Positions 14,600 to 26,520 of a stretch of 64,000 nt of DNA are shown here, in pieces. Within the stretch, counting starts at the first letter, position 1; each line of letters starts with the position of its first letter. Source of the stretch: the human T2T-CHM13v2.0 reference genome, Homo sapiens. A program made the position numbers and the translations under genes. The notes beneath the pieces are model-generated. The model was not told where the DNA came from, made no database searches, and worked only from the letters and a program-made list of their open reading frames with translations. The stretch lies in NCBI RefSeq assembly GCF_009914755.1, contig NC_060936.1. The stretch is one strand, 5' to 3'.

Positions 14600-15070
14600 C
14601 AAGAAGAAACACGGACAGCCCTGCCCCAACTTGCTCCCAAATCTGCAGGTGAAAGGCAGACCATCTCTTGTGTCTGCCTCATTCCCTCAGTTCTCAGCTT
14701 AAATGTCACTTTCCCTGGATGACATTCGATTTGCCCAGTAAGATGCAGCATATTTGTAATTACTTATTTAAGGCTTGTTTTCCTCTTTACCTCCAAGAAG
14801 AAAGGGACCACGCCCATCTTATGTTGGCAGGCTGTGGATGTCTTGAGAAGAACACAGGTTCTAGAGCCAGCAGCCTGTGTTCATATTTCAGCTTCACCAC
14901 TTATCTCAGTATGATCTTGGGCAAATCACATAACTTCTCTAAGCTTTGGTATCCTCATCTGCCAGACAGAAATAATAATTCTCTAGTACTTATCTCATAG
15001 CACTGCTCTGAGCTATGATTAAATGAGGTAAAGCCACTAAGTGGCCTGGCATGTATTAAGCCCCCAATAA
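14600..15070 (+). mobile_element. L2 fragment followed by MIR (about 14830-15070)
   Basis: 'tctcagcttaaatgtcacttt ccctgg' (L2); 'gatcttgggcaaatcacataacttctctaagc...cctcatctg' (MIR). Confidence 0.6.
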
Positions 15071-15379
15071 CAATGAAATAAAATGTCAGCAGATAAATGA
15101 AGTTCATCCCTTTAGTGAATAAAAAAAGACAATGGTTGCCATTCTCTGGTTATTATAATGATGATACAACAACAATAATTCTTATTGAATGCTTACTATG
15201 GGCCAGGCACTGTAATAAATGCTTTACATATAGTCAGTGAATTTAGGACATGTGGATATCAAGCCATCGATGACAACCCGGCCTTTTAAACTCTTCTCTC
15301 TGGGCATATCAGCATTTATTAGGGAAGCAGGACCATCAGAAGAGCCAGTGTTGGTGGCATACGAATGTCTGTGTTAGTC

Positions 15380-15874
15380 AATGTCTTGGAAGGAACTGAA
15401 TGACATGCTCAAAGGGTTAATTGAGGAGGATGAAATGAAAGAACTGTGTCAAGGATTTGGGCACGGTTAAGGAAAACAATAAGCATCAAGGAATACCTAG
15501 GGACTAGCAGCATTTGGGCTGTTACTTCCCCTAAGCTTGAATGGATAAGAAAGAGAAATGGTGTTTCCAGGGTGCAGTGAGATCTATAGTCAAGGGAGGG
15601 GAGCTGCCCTGCAGATGCAGTAGTGGGAGATAGAGGATCCCAGCCATGCCAAAACCATGGTGAGGCAGGGAGCATCCAGAGAATGCTCAGAGCACTCTCC
15701 TCCTGCTTGCTTCATCTCCTGTTGCTACCTCTCCATGGCCAAACTGTGCTAGAAGCCAGACAGTGATGGAGCCAAGGTGATGCAGCCCATAATTATCTCC
15801 TCCTGAAGCAGAGAATCAAACAGAGAAGGGCTGAGAATGAATCTATTTAGAAGAGCAAACAGAATAACCTGCAC
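15380..15874 (-). mobile_element. Old ERVL LTR (LTR33/LTR41-like)
   Basis: 'gggcacggttaagg...cctagggactagcagca...gaagccaga...ggtgatgcagccca...gagaatgaatct...gcaaacagaataacctgcaca' resembles the reverse complement of an LTR33/41 5' end. Confidence 0.5.
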
Positions 15875-16120
15875 AAAACCACTGACCATCACATCTAGTC
15901 AAACTTGAGTAAATTCATGTTGACTACATGAAGAACATTACAGGGAAGTGAGGAATCTCAACAGTTAAGCCAAGCAAGACTGTCAGAGCTTAAAAAGTTA
16001 AAAAGAGGTTGGGGATCTGGTTCTCAGTCTCTTTCTGGGCTACCTTATAGCAATTTGAGGCTCCGTCATCAGTTTCTGCAAGGTTTCAAAGATCCAGGAG
16101 AAGCTTAGTGTTGTGTCAAG

Positions 16121-16609
16121 ATGCTGATGGACCCATCACAGAAGTTTAATCCAACCTCCATCCCAGAGTCTTCACAAATGCTCACCAAAGAAAATTCCCA
16201 GGACGATTCAGGGGCCTCTCAAATCTGCTCCGAGACGTTGACAAAAAACCTTAATAACTTGACTGTCAATGCTAGTAACGAATCCCCTTCCCCTCTACCG
16301 GAATGTTCACTCCATGAACAGTCTACAAGAGCAACAATCCTCAGGGAAATCACAGATCACTTGCTTTACAGGAGGAGAGGAGTAAGAACATTGCTGTCTG
16401 TGCAGAGAGAGAGGATGGCAAGATTCAGATACATGTTACTCGGCGGAGTTCATCCGCATGAAAGAATACTAACAAACACTGGGCTTAAGGGAGTTAAGAA
16501 GGAATCAAGACCATTCAGATGTCCCTGCAGTTTCTGCTTGTTTAACAGATGGGATCCTTCTGAGAATGCTAGAATAGGGAATTTTGACACCAAGCCACTT
16601 CAGCCATAA
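16121..16609 (+). CDS. DPPA3: Intact DPPA3/STELLA-like ORF (162 aa; parental-type start Met at 16127) in a retrocopy; expression unproven
   Basis: MDPSQKFNPT...RRGVRTLLSVQRERMARFRYMLLGGV...ESRPFRCPCSFC...WDPSENARIGNFDTKPLQP* is collinear end to end with human DPPA3 as recalled (about 75% identity by eye). No stop or frameshift. Homology is secure; coding function is uncertain. Confidence 0.6.
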   Translation: MLMDPSQKFNPTSIPESSQMLTKENSQDDSGASQICSETLTKNLNNLTVNASNESPSPLPECSLHEQSTRATILREITDHLLYRRRGVRTLLSVQRERMARFRYMLLGGVHPHERILTNTGLKGVKKESRPFRCPCSFCLFNRWDPSENARIGNFDTKPLQP

Positions 16610-17067
16610 ACCTTATTCTTGTACCTTTTTTTCTTGCTGGTAATTTTATATAGCAGATTGAGAAAGCTACTCTATGCTACTATAGACTATACACCAATAC
16701 TTTTGATAATGAGTTCTAGGATGTATTTTTCTTCTTGTATCTTTTTCTTCCCGCTATGATACTAGTAATTTATAAGGGATCTGTGTAATTTGAATGTATT
16801 TGAATAACTTTAGCTCTACTGTTTGATTTGACCCAAAGAAGCCAAGACGACATAAGTATTCCCATGTGTCTTAGAAGCCCAAAGTCAATGAGATGAAACC
16901 CAACATCAAGAAACTGAAGCAAAGTTACTTGTGGATAAAGAAAGCATTAGGTAGTTTGGCTATAGCATAATAATTAGATTTTCTGGCTTTCAAAATTTTG
17001 GATTGCAATCACAGCAAACTTTGTTATTTTTACAGTTTTCAGTACAAAAAGGAGTTTATATAGAAAC

Positions 17068-17073
17068 AGTAAA
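17068..17073 (+). terminator. Variant polyadenylation signal AGTAAA of the DPPA3 retrocopy
   Basis: About 20 nt upstream of the A remnant and 3' TSD. Confidence 0.6.
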
Positions 17074-18115
17074 GTTGGCATTTGAGTACCTTTAAAAAAC
17101 AAAGTTAAAAAGAAAGACAAGCTTTTATTTCCTGCTACAACTACTGAAGATGCAAAAAAGGTAAGGGCCATTAGTTAGCAACCAGTGTCTATTATTCCTC
17201 TTTCTGCTGTCATTGTTGAAAGATGAAAGTTCATGCAAGCAGGCTCCATTCTTGCACATGACCTAATTATCATATTTAGTTGAATGTAAAAACCCTAGTT
17301 TTGCTGATGAATCTGAAACATCACAGCCAATCACTTTGCCTTCCCATTTTCCTGTCTAACATCAACTGATTAAGATTGGGAGTATCTTCTGTTTGTTAAA
17401 TGAAGCACAATTCTTCTGGATGATATCTTTATATTTTATTTTTTTGTTGTGATAAAATATATAATACCTAAAATGTACCTTTTTAACCATTTTTAAGTTT
17501 ACAATTCAGTGGCATTAAGTACTTTCACATTGTTCTGCAACCATCACCACTATCTATCTTCAGAACTTTGTCAACATCACAAAAAGAAACTCCCTATCTA
17601 TTAAACAATATGTCCCATTTCCCTTCCCCCCAGACCCTGACAATCACCATTCTACTTTCTGCTTCTGTGACTTTGCCTATTTTAAGTACCTCACATGAAT
17701 GGAATCGTATAGTATTTGTCCTTTTGTGACTGGCTTATTTCATTTAGCACAATGTCATCAAGGTTCACGCATGTCATAGCGTGTATCTGAATTACCTTCC
17801 TTTTTTAAGACGGAATAATATTCCACATTATATGTACATACCATATTTCATTTATCCATTCATCTGTCAATGGACACTTGGCATGCTTCCACCCCTTGGC
17901 TAGTCTGAATAGTGCTGTTCTGAACATGGCTTTGCAAATATCTGTTCTAGCCCTCATTTTCAATTCCTTTGGTCATCTACCCAGATGTGGGATTGCTGGA
18001 TCATATGGTAATTATATGTTTTAGTTTTTGAGAACACGCCATACCATTTTCCATAGCAGCTGCAGCATTCCCACAGCAATGCACAAAGGTTCCAATTTCT
18101 CTACATCCTCACTAA

Positions 18116-18542
18116 TGTTGCAGAACTTTATCCTTAGTTCAGCTAAAACCAGGCTCTTTCACACGACCAGGAAAGATTATGCTTGCGGACATATACAAGA
18201 GTAAGGAAAACGGAATTTATTGGGCAAAAAGGAAAAAGGCAAAATAATTCTTAGCAAAGAGAGAGAGAGTCCTGCTAGCAGATTTACTGCCTCACAGATT
18301 GAATCCCAGGTCACCACACAGGAACAGGAGAGGCCAGGCTCCTCCCCACTGCAAACGCCATGAATTTCCCGAGGCTCCACCCCGTCCTCCCAGTGTGCAG
18401 GTGGGCATTATTCAGAAAGAATCAGTCAGGAAATGGCAGGCTTCATCCAGAACCAGCAGTCTGGTTTTTCAGCCTTCAGGCTGCTTTAGGCTCAAGGGCG
18501 GGGTTTTGCCAGGGGACTTTTGGCTGCCTCCTGTCTCTATCA
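18116..18542 (-). mobile_element. ERV1 solo LTR, MER61-like
   Basis: TG...CA termini ('tgttgcagaactttatccttagttcagctaaa...ctgcctcctgtctctatca'); 4-bp TSD CTAA (18112-15 / 18543-46); 3' end homologous to the LTR at 10717. Confidence 0.8.
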
Positions 18543-18559
18543 CTAACACATATTTACTG

Positions 18560-18865
<306 letters not shown>

Positions 18866-19244
18866 ATTTTTAAAAAAATAATAATAATAGTCATCATAAT
18901 GGGTATAAGGTGGTATTTCCTTATGGCTTTGATTTGCATTTCCCTAGTAATTAGTGATGTTGAGCATGTTTAAATGTACTTATTGGTCATTTGCATATCT
19001 TCTTTGGATAAATGTTTGTTTAGATCTTTTGTCCATTTTTAAATTAGGTTATTTGTTTTGTTGTTGTTGAGGTGTAAGAGTTCTTTATATATTCTGGGTA
19101 TTAATCTCCTATAATATTTATAATTTGCAAATATTTTTTCTTATTCTGTGGATGGCCTTCCTACTCTGTGGATAATGCCTTTTATGCACAGAAGTTTTTA
19201 ATTTTAATGGAGTCCAATCTATGTATTTTTTCTGGAAGATTTAT

Positions 19245-19502
19245 CTTATTTTATTTTAAGACAGAGACCTCAGCTCACTGCAACCTCCGCCTCCCAGGTT
19301 CCAGCGATTCTCCTGCCTCAGCCTCCCGAGTAGCTGGGATTACAGGCATGTACCACCACGCCCAGCTAATTTTTGTATTTTTAGTAGAGACGGGGTTTCA
19401 CCATGTTGGCCAGGCTGGTCTTGAACTCCTGATCTCAAGTGATCTGCCTGCCTCAGCCTTCCAAAGTGCTGGGATTACAGGCGTGAGCCACCATGCCCGG
19501 CC
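19245..19502 (-). mobile_element. Alu (AluSx/Sz-type) with an internal deletion in the right arm
   Basis: 'agacagagacctcagctcactgcaacctccgcc...ccatgcccggcc'. Confidence 0.93.
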
Positions 19503-19840
19503 AAAGATATCTTTTAATGTAGGCTTTGCACGGCTAAAATTTTTGAAGAGCAAGGCTCAGATTGGATGTGGTTTTGGTTGTGGTGGATTTTTATTCTATT
19601 CAATTTACAGCAGAGCAAAAAGAATAAAGGCTTAGGTTTCATAACTCACAAAAGTACACTAACTGATTCATATACTTTGGATGATTCCATCATATGTCCA
19701 GCACTGAAATTTTTCCTCATGGCAATTGAGGGATACAGGTCTCCCTGCCTCCTCTCCAGTCTATTGGATGCTCTAGCACCTTGCCGGGAGGCACCAGAAG
19801 GGAGTCAGATGAAAGTTACTCTTTCACTTGTAGGTCACAG

Positions 19841-20271
19841 TGTATTAGTCTGTTCTTGCATTTCTATAAAGAAATACCTGAGGCTGGGTAATTTATAAAG
19901 AAAAGAGGTTTAATTGGCTCATGTCTCCTCAGGCTGTACAGGAAGCATGGATGCATCTGTTTCTGGGGAGGCCTCAGGGAGCTTTTATTCATGGTGGAAG
20001 GGAAAGCAGGAGTAGACATCTTACATGGAAGGGGCGAGAGACAGGGAGAGAGAGAGAAAAGAGAGATAGAGACGGGGGGTGTGTCAGACACTTTTAAACA
20101 ACCAGATCTCATGAAAACTCACTATTGGGATGACAGCAGGAAGCGGGATGGTGTTAAACCATGAGTAACCACCCCCATGATGCAATCACCTTCCACCAGG
20201 CCCCACCTCCAGCATTGGGAATTACATTTCAGCATGAGATTTGGGCAGGGACACAAATCCAAACCATATCA
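19841..20271 (-). mobile_element. MST-type MaLR solo LTR
   Basis: 'tgtattagtctgttcttgcatttctataaagaaatacctgag...ccaaaccatatca'; 5-bp TSD CACAG (19836-40 / 20272-76). Confidence 0.9.
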
Positions 20272-20460
20272 CACAGTAACCCAACTCATTTTCTTAAGCA
20301 AAGACAAACTTAAAAATGCGGAAAACATTTAAATTCTGCTCAGAATTAATTAGCTCCTATAACTGAAAGAGAGAGCGGTATCCTGGCTTCAGGTATGGGT
20401 GGCTCCAGGTTTGCAAACAATGTCCCAGCTCTGCTCTTCTTGGGTAGGCACCATTTTTAG

Positions 20461-20768
<308 letters not shown>

Positions 20769-21693
20769 AGTACTTCTCTTTATGATAACAAAATGATGCC
20801 TGTTGGCTCTTAAATTATTTCTTACCTTCTCAGCAGCTCCAAGCAGAAAATAAGTTCTCTTTTCCTTATAGTTCTAAGAAAGTCCTTGTGTGATCTTTTA
20901 TCTTAAAACTGACTACACTGTTGGCCCCACGGATGAGTAAACATCGGTGGGTCAGCTGAAGTGCTTTCTTTGTTGGGGAGACACGTTCTCTGATGAACAA
21001 CTATGGTCAATATTGACACCTGTTACACTATGAATGTATTTTTTCCCATCATTAACTTGCTTCAGCTCTTACATGGAGGAAATACTCATACTGATGGTAC
21101 ACTATTCAGGGCTGCATGAAGATGCCCCTGCTCCCAAGATGCGAGGGACCAGTGGGCTAAGAGCAGCAGAAAGAAAAATCCATAGAAATATTTTGTTTTG
21201 GAAACCAACATTTAGGCGTACATCACTGCCTCATGTAGTATTTCAAAGTAAATAGAATCAGTTCACTAATCACCCAATTCTGCTTGTTTTTAAAAAATAT
21301 AAACACCAGCTAGACTGAAGACTTGAATAGGACTGAGTGTATGTGCATATAACATAAGGAGAAAAGCTGTGAGTATAAGAAAAACGCCTATCTTATTTTC
21401 TGACACCTGTCCAAACAAGCAGAGGAAGGTGAAGACAGAAGACCATTTCGGCATATTAAATATGAGAAAGAAATAAAAATACTCTGGGGCCTGTGAGCCA
21501 GTGATCTATCCTCTGACATAACTGTTATTTCTATAAAGTACAATTTTGAAGCTCCTTGACAGCTGAAAGTTGAAAAATTACTTGTTTATCTTTTTCACTC
21601 CTCCTTAAATGCCAAGTTTGCATTTTACTCTTCGTACCACTATGTTACTTTCTACCTATTCTGCAGGCAGTCAATTTAAAATATGATGTATTT

Positions 21694-22428
<735 letters not shown>

Positions 22429-22737
22429 ATCTCAATCTTTTTTTCATTGCTACAGACAAGACAGCATTGTTCCCATGGAAGGGCACACTCCCACAGGGAT
22501 AAACACATCATGGCAAAGCTTAAAATTAATTTTCTGGCAGTACAACCAATGGTGGATTTTGTTTTAGTTGGAAATGGGGGGTGGAACTCAAAAGCATTTT
22601 ACAATTATGTCAATGATAAAGATCACTTATTTAAAGATCCCAAAGCTCTTATAAGGGAAAAAATAGAATTATGTCTTACAAGACAACACAGCAAATCAAA
22701 TTTAAAACTTTTAAATATATATTTTATATATATATAC

Positions 22738-23035
22738 TTTTTTTTTTTTTTTGAGATGGAGTCTCGCTGTGTCGCGCAGGCTAGAATGCAATGATGCGAT
22801 CTTGGCTCACTACAGCCTCCGCCTCCCAGGTTCAAGTGATTCTCCTGCCTCAGCCTCCTGAGTAGCTGGGACTACAGGCGCCTGCCACCACGCCTGGCTA
22901 ACTTTTGTATTTTCAGTAGAGACGGGGTTTCACCATGTTGGCCAGGCTGGTCTTGAACTCCTGACCTCAGGTGATCCACCCACCTCGGGCCTCCCAAAGT
23001 GCTGGGATTACAGGCATGAGCCACCGCCCCAGGCT
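22738..23035 (-). mobile_element. Alu (AluS-type)
   Basis: Full dimer preceded by poly-T. Confidence 0.96.
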
Positions 23036-23331
23036 CGCATTTTTTAATTTATTCATTCAGTGCCCATCACATGGATCCTGTCAACCTTCAGTGGACCATG
23101 GGCATACACTTTGGGAAACGCTGCCGTAAAACAAATACCTGATTAAGTATTCATTTTAGTTCCCAGTATGTGCCTGATACAGTTCACTGCTTATGAAAGG
23201 AATATAAAAATATGAACAGGCCTTTGAGGAGCTTATAACCGAGTAGATACTCAATAAATATTTAGAGAGATCAAATTTTAGAGATCAAAGCAATGTATAT
23301 GTCTAGTATCATTAGAAAGAATGAAAACACT

Positions 23332-23460
23332 GGCCGGGTGTGGTGACTCATGTCTGTATTCCTAGCACTTTGGGAGGCTGAGGCGGGTGGATTGCTTGAG
23401 CTCAGTAGTTTGAGACCAGCCTAGGCAACATGGTAAAACTCTGTTAAAAAAAAAAAAAGA
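23332..23460 (+). mobile_element. Alu left monomer / FLAM
   Basis: 'ggccgggtgtggtgactca...gcaacatggtaaaactctgtt' then A tail; no right arm. Confidence 0.88.
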
Positions 23461-23583
23461 AAGAACAAAAGGAAGAAAGGAAGGAAAGGAGAGAGGGAGG
23501 GAGGGAGGGAGGGAAGGAGAGGGGAGGGGAGAGCAGGAAGGGATGGAGGGAGGGAGAAAAGGAAGGACGGAAGGAAGGAAAAC
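23461..23583 (+). repeat. Polypurine (GGAA/GGGA)n tract
   Basis: Direct reading. Confidence 0.9.
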
Positions 23584-24308
23584 ACCTTTGTCCAGTGTTG
23601 AGAATAAATGCAATACTTCCAACTCTGTGGTCTCAAGATTTGTTTTGCTGTATCTAATGCGGATGACCTTTATCAGCAAGACACCCATTAACACATAGAA
23701 GATAAGTTGCAGTGTGAATAGTGCCTTGAGACTGTGGCAATAAAACTGGAGCCACGCCTGAGTTTGCAGTTTATTTGGCCGCACGTGGCCATGGAAAGTG
23801 AGCATGAACCATCATTGTATGATATACTCAAGGCTCAGGAATATGTATACAGGTTATTAAGTCAAAGTAGCTGTAAAACACTGCACGAGAGTTGATTCAG
23901 TCTGTTAAATATTTTACACCTCTTACAAAAATATCTACCCAAAAAGAAAATTAGATACAGTGAATAATTCACAACATAAATGCTCTTGTGTGGGCAGGAG
24001 TTGGGTGGTATTTGTTTTTATGAGGTGAAATCTGCAGTTATAACATAGACTTCTTCCTAGAATGGCAACCAGGATTCTAAACTGGCAACAGGCAGCTGCA
24101 GGCCTGATGTGAATTTACAGGTTGCCTAGTAGTGCTACTGAAAAATAGATTGTGTGGTAGGAGGTTTTCTCATAACTTTTTTCTTTGTCATTGCTTTTCT
24201 TCTTCTTTTCCCTGTGCAGGCTGTAAACAGATTGTAAAATGTGTGACACCCCAGAATCTGAGAAAAAATACAAAGCTACTTTTAGTATCCTTCACCATAG
24301 CCTACAAG

Positions 24309-24405
24309 TTCTTTCCTTCCTCCCTTCCTCCCTTCCCCCACCCTCCCTCCCTCCTCCCTCCCTTCCTTCTTTCCTGCCTTCCTTCCTTCCCTCCTTCCTT
24401 TTTTT
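24309..24405 (+). repeat. Polypyrimidine (CCTT/CCCT)n tract
   Basis: Direct reading. Confidence 0.9.
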
Positions 24406-24522
24406 GAGACAGGGTCTTGCTATGTTGCCCAGGCTGTTCTCAAACTCCTGGACCCAAGTGATCCTCCAGCCCTAGCCGCCCAAAGTGCTAGGATTACAGG
24501 CGTGAGCCACCAGCACCAGGCT
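24399..24522 (-). mobile_element. FLAM-C / Alu left monomer
   Basis: 'gagacagggtcttgctatgttgcccaggctg...gtgagccaccagcaccaggc'. Confidence 0.88.
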
Positions 24523-24642
24523 GCTCTTGCTTTTCTACCCAAAACTGCTGGACATGTGCACTTGATACCTATGACTTCATCTACTTTCAGACAGCCATGA
24601 GGGGTAGGAGCTAGGGAATGAAGGTGGGGCCCGATGAATGAG

Positions 24643-25155
24643 TATATCAATCATGTTTTTAATTTTAGATATCTTTTGGTATTTCAACATTTTGGGGAAT
24701 TTACAGACCCCAGAAGAGACCACCCCTCCCGGGGCTATCTAATTCCTAAGGATAATAACTTGCCTATAAGCATGCCTTTCACACACAAACCAACCAAACT
24801 CAAGCCCATATTCACCAACCACCTCCTTATCTATCTCTCACACACTAGCCAATATTTCCCCTGAGCTAAATTATCTCAGGGCCAGGTATTAGGCAACCAC
24901 AGACCACCTAGATAAACCAAAGCCTGCTGGGATTATTCAAACTAGGCAAAGCTGAACTGTTTGCCCTGCCTTACCTTTCCTGCAGAAACAAGGCTCTAGC
25001 CTAAGTGTTCCCCTCGCTCCTTTGTCCCTTCTGACAGAATCTGCATGATGTGGCGTTTCTCCTCTCAGAAGAGCAAGTAATAAATTCTACTTTCAATAGC
25101 ATCGGCCTCTCCTTGTCGTCACTCAGTCCGTACCTCCATAAGTTAAAATCTCACA
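24643..25155 (+). mobile_element. ERVL solo LTR, MER74-like
   Basis: 'catgtttttaatttt...gaccccagaagagaccacccctcccggggctatctaattccta...aaaccaacca...aataaa...aaatctcaca'. Confidence 0.65.
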
Positions 25156-25524
25156 GATGCAAATGGAGAAAATGGACTTTTGTAGCCATTTTTAGGAACA
25201 AGGCAGCTTGGCTTCAAATCTTGCTCAGAGACAAACTACTTTCCCCAAGGCATCATCAGTGACCGTAACACACACCTAGTCACCTAGTGTAGGATGGGAG
25301 CCAGGCATTCTCTCTGCATGGCTTCCTACTTCCCACGTGACATAAGGTTGCATGGCCATGCGCACTCCTGTGTTGACTTTCTATAGCAACATTAAGGTCC
25401 AGAAAATTTGTGTGGCCTCCTGAAGAAAGTAGGAATGCAGATCTGTAGAGGGAGTGTAAAGGTGGAGCCCTGCTCTTCCGATTCTCACACAGAGCCACTG
25501 GAACAATTATAACGAGCATGGCTG

Positions 25525-25750
25525 TAAACATTTATTTACTGAGTGCCTCTCTCTCTGCTTCATGTTTTACATGCATCGTCTCACTAAACCCTTGCAACAA
25601 GGCCATTAGGTAAGTCCTATTATTATCCCATTTTAGAAATGGGAATTTAGTGTTAAAGACACTGGTCATATAGCTGGTAACTGGCATCTTGGGACTTGAC
25701 AGACTAACTCTAAATTCATAGCCCACACTCTAAATCCCTACTCTATATCA
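25525..25750 (-). mobile_element. MIR SINE
   Basis: 'tttactgagtgcc...ctattattatcccattttagaaatggg'. Confidence 0.65.
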
Positions 25751-26520
25751 TCTGTCCAAGCTGAATGAGGCTACCTCTCCCTCATGAGACAGAATTCAAG
25801 AGTCCAGTTCCCTTTGTGAATGAAACATCAGTCTGAAAACCTTAACTCCTAGTTGGGCACCTTTAATTGGCTGATGGATGGTACCATGTCTCCTTCCAAA
25901 CCAAACATATTTTTGGTAGGTTTTCAGAAGCAAGATCAGCTCCAGGCAACACTGTGAAATAGGCAACCCTCTTGGTTTCTGGTGACTGAAACCAAGTGCC
26001 CTCACTACCTCTGCAGATGACCCAGATCACTCTACTCCCAATACCGTCTTCTGTGGTCTGTGCCTTAGGCCCCAAATTCATTCTCTGCCTTCCTAAACTT
26101 ATCAGAATTCTCATTCCACTTTTTTGAAATCCATTAAGGGCTCTGGATTCAAATGAACCTGGTTTCTAATTCCAGTTGTACAGCTTTTAGCTGTATCACC
26201 TTGAGACCCAATTTCCTTATTTGTAACACTGTCACAATAACATAGACTTTCTCAGTTTTTTTTAATAAGAATAAAATGTGGCATATCCAGTGTGTTGTCT
26301 CAAGATCAATTCTTAACACATGGTGCTCCATAACGATAGTTCAGCCATGAGGAATATTTCCCCAATTTTCATATATGCTATTTAAACAAAAAGTAATAAC
26401 ACTGGCTTCCAGAACCACAAAAGTCAGACTCTTTCCATTGTAGACATACATCACAAATACGTCTTGATAGACCAACCAGGAAAGTAAGCACTGACCTAGC
26501 ACATTTGCTGGGAATTCAAG

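Larger units (their letters stand above)
16007..17100 (+). pseudogene. DPPA3: Processed (intronless) retrocopy of DPPA3/STELLA mRNA including 5'UTR, ORF and 3'UTR; not the parental multi-exon gene
   Basis: Perfect 13-bp TSD AAAGTTAAAAAGA (15994-16006 and 17101-17113); L1 endonuclease-type TT/AAAA at 15990-95; AGTAAA polyA signal 17068-73; A remnant 17094-99; continuous DPPA3-like ORF with no introns. Confidence 0.93.

Noticed and set aside
16121-16609. Possibility that this is the parental DPPA3 gene
   Set aside because: The parent is multi-exon and lies in the GDF3/NANOG cluster; this copy is intronless, TSD-flanked and diverged, and I recognise no neighbouring cluster genes
19168-19635. 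155-aa ORF
   Set aside because: L1 fragment plus antisense Alu translation, with a GTG start
23362-23805. 147-aa minus-strand ORF with a Pro/Ser/Leu-rich segment
   Set aside because: Open only because it crosses a stop-free polypurine tract and an Alu monomer
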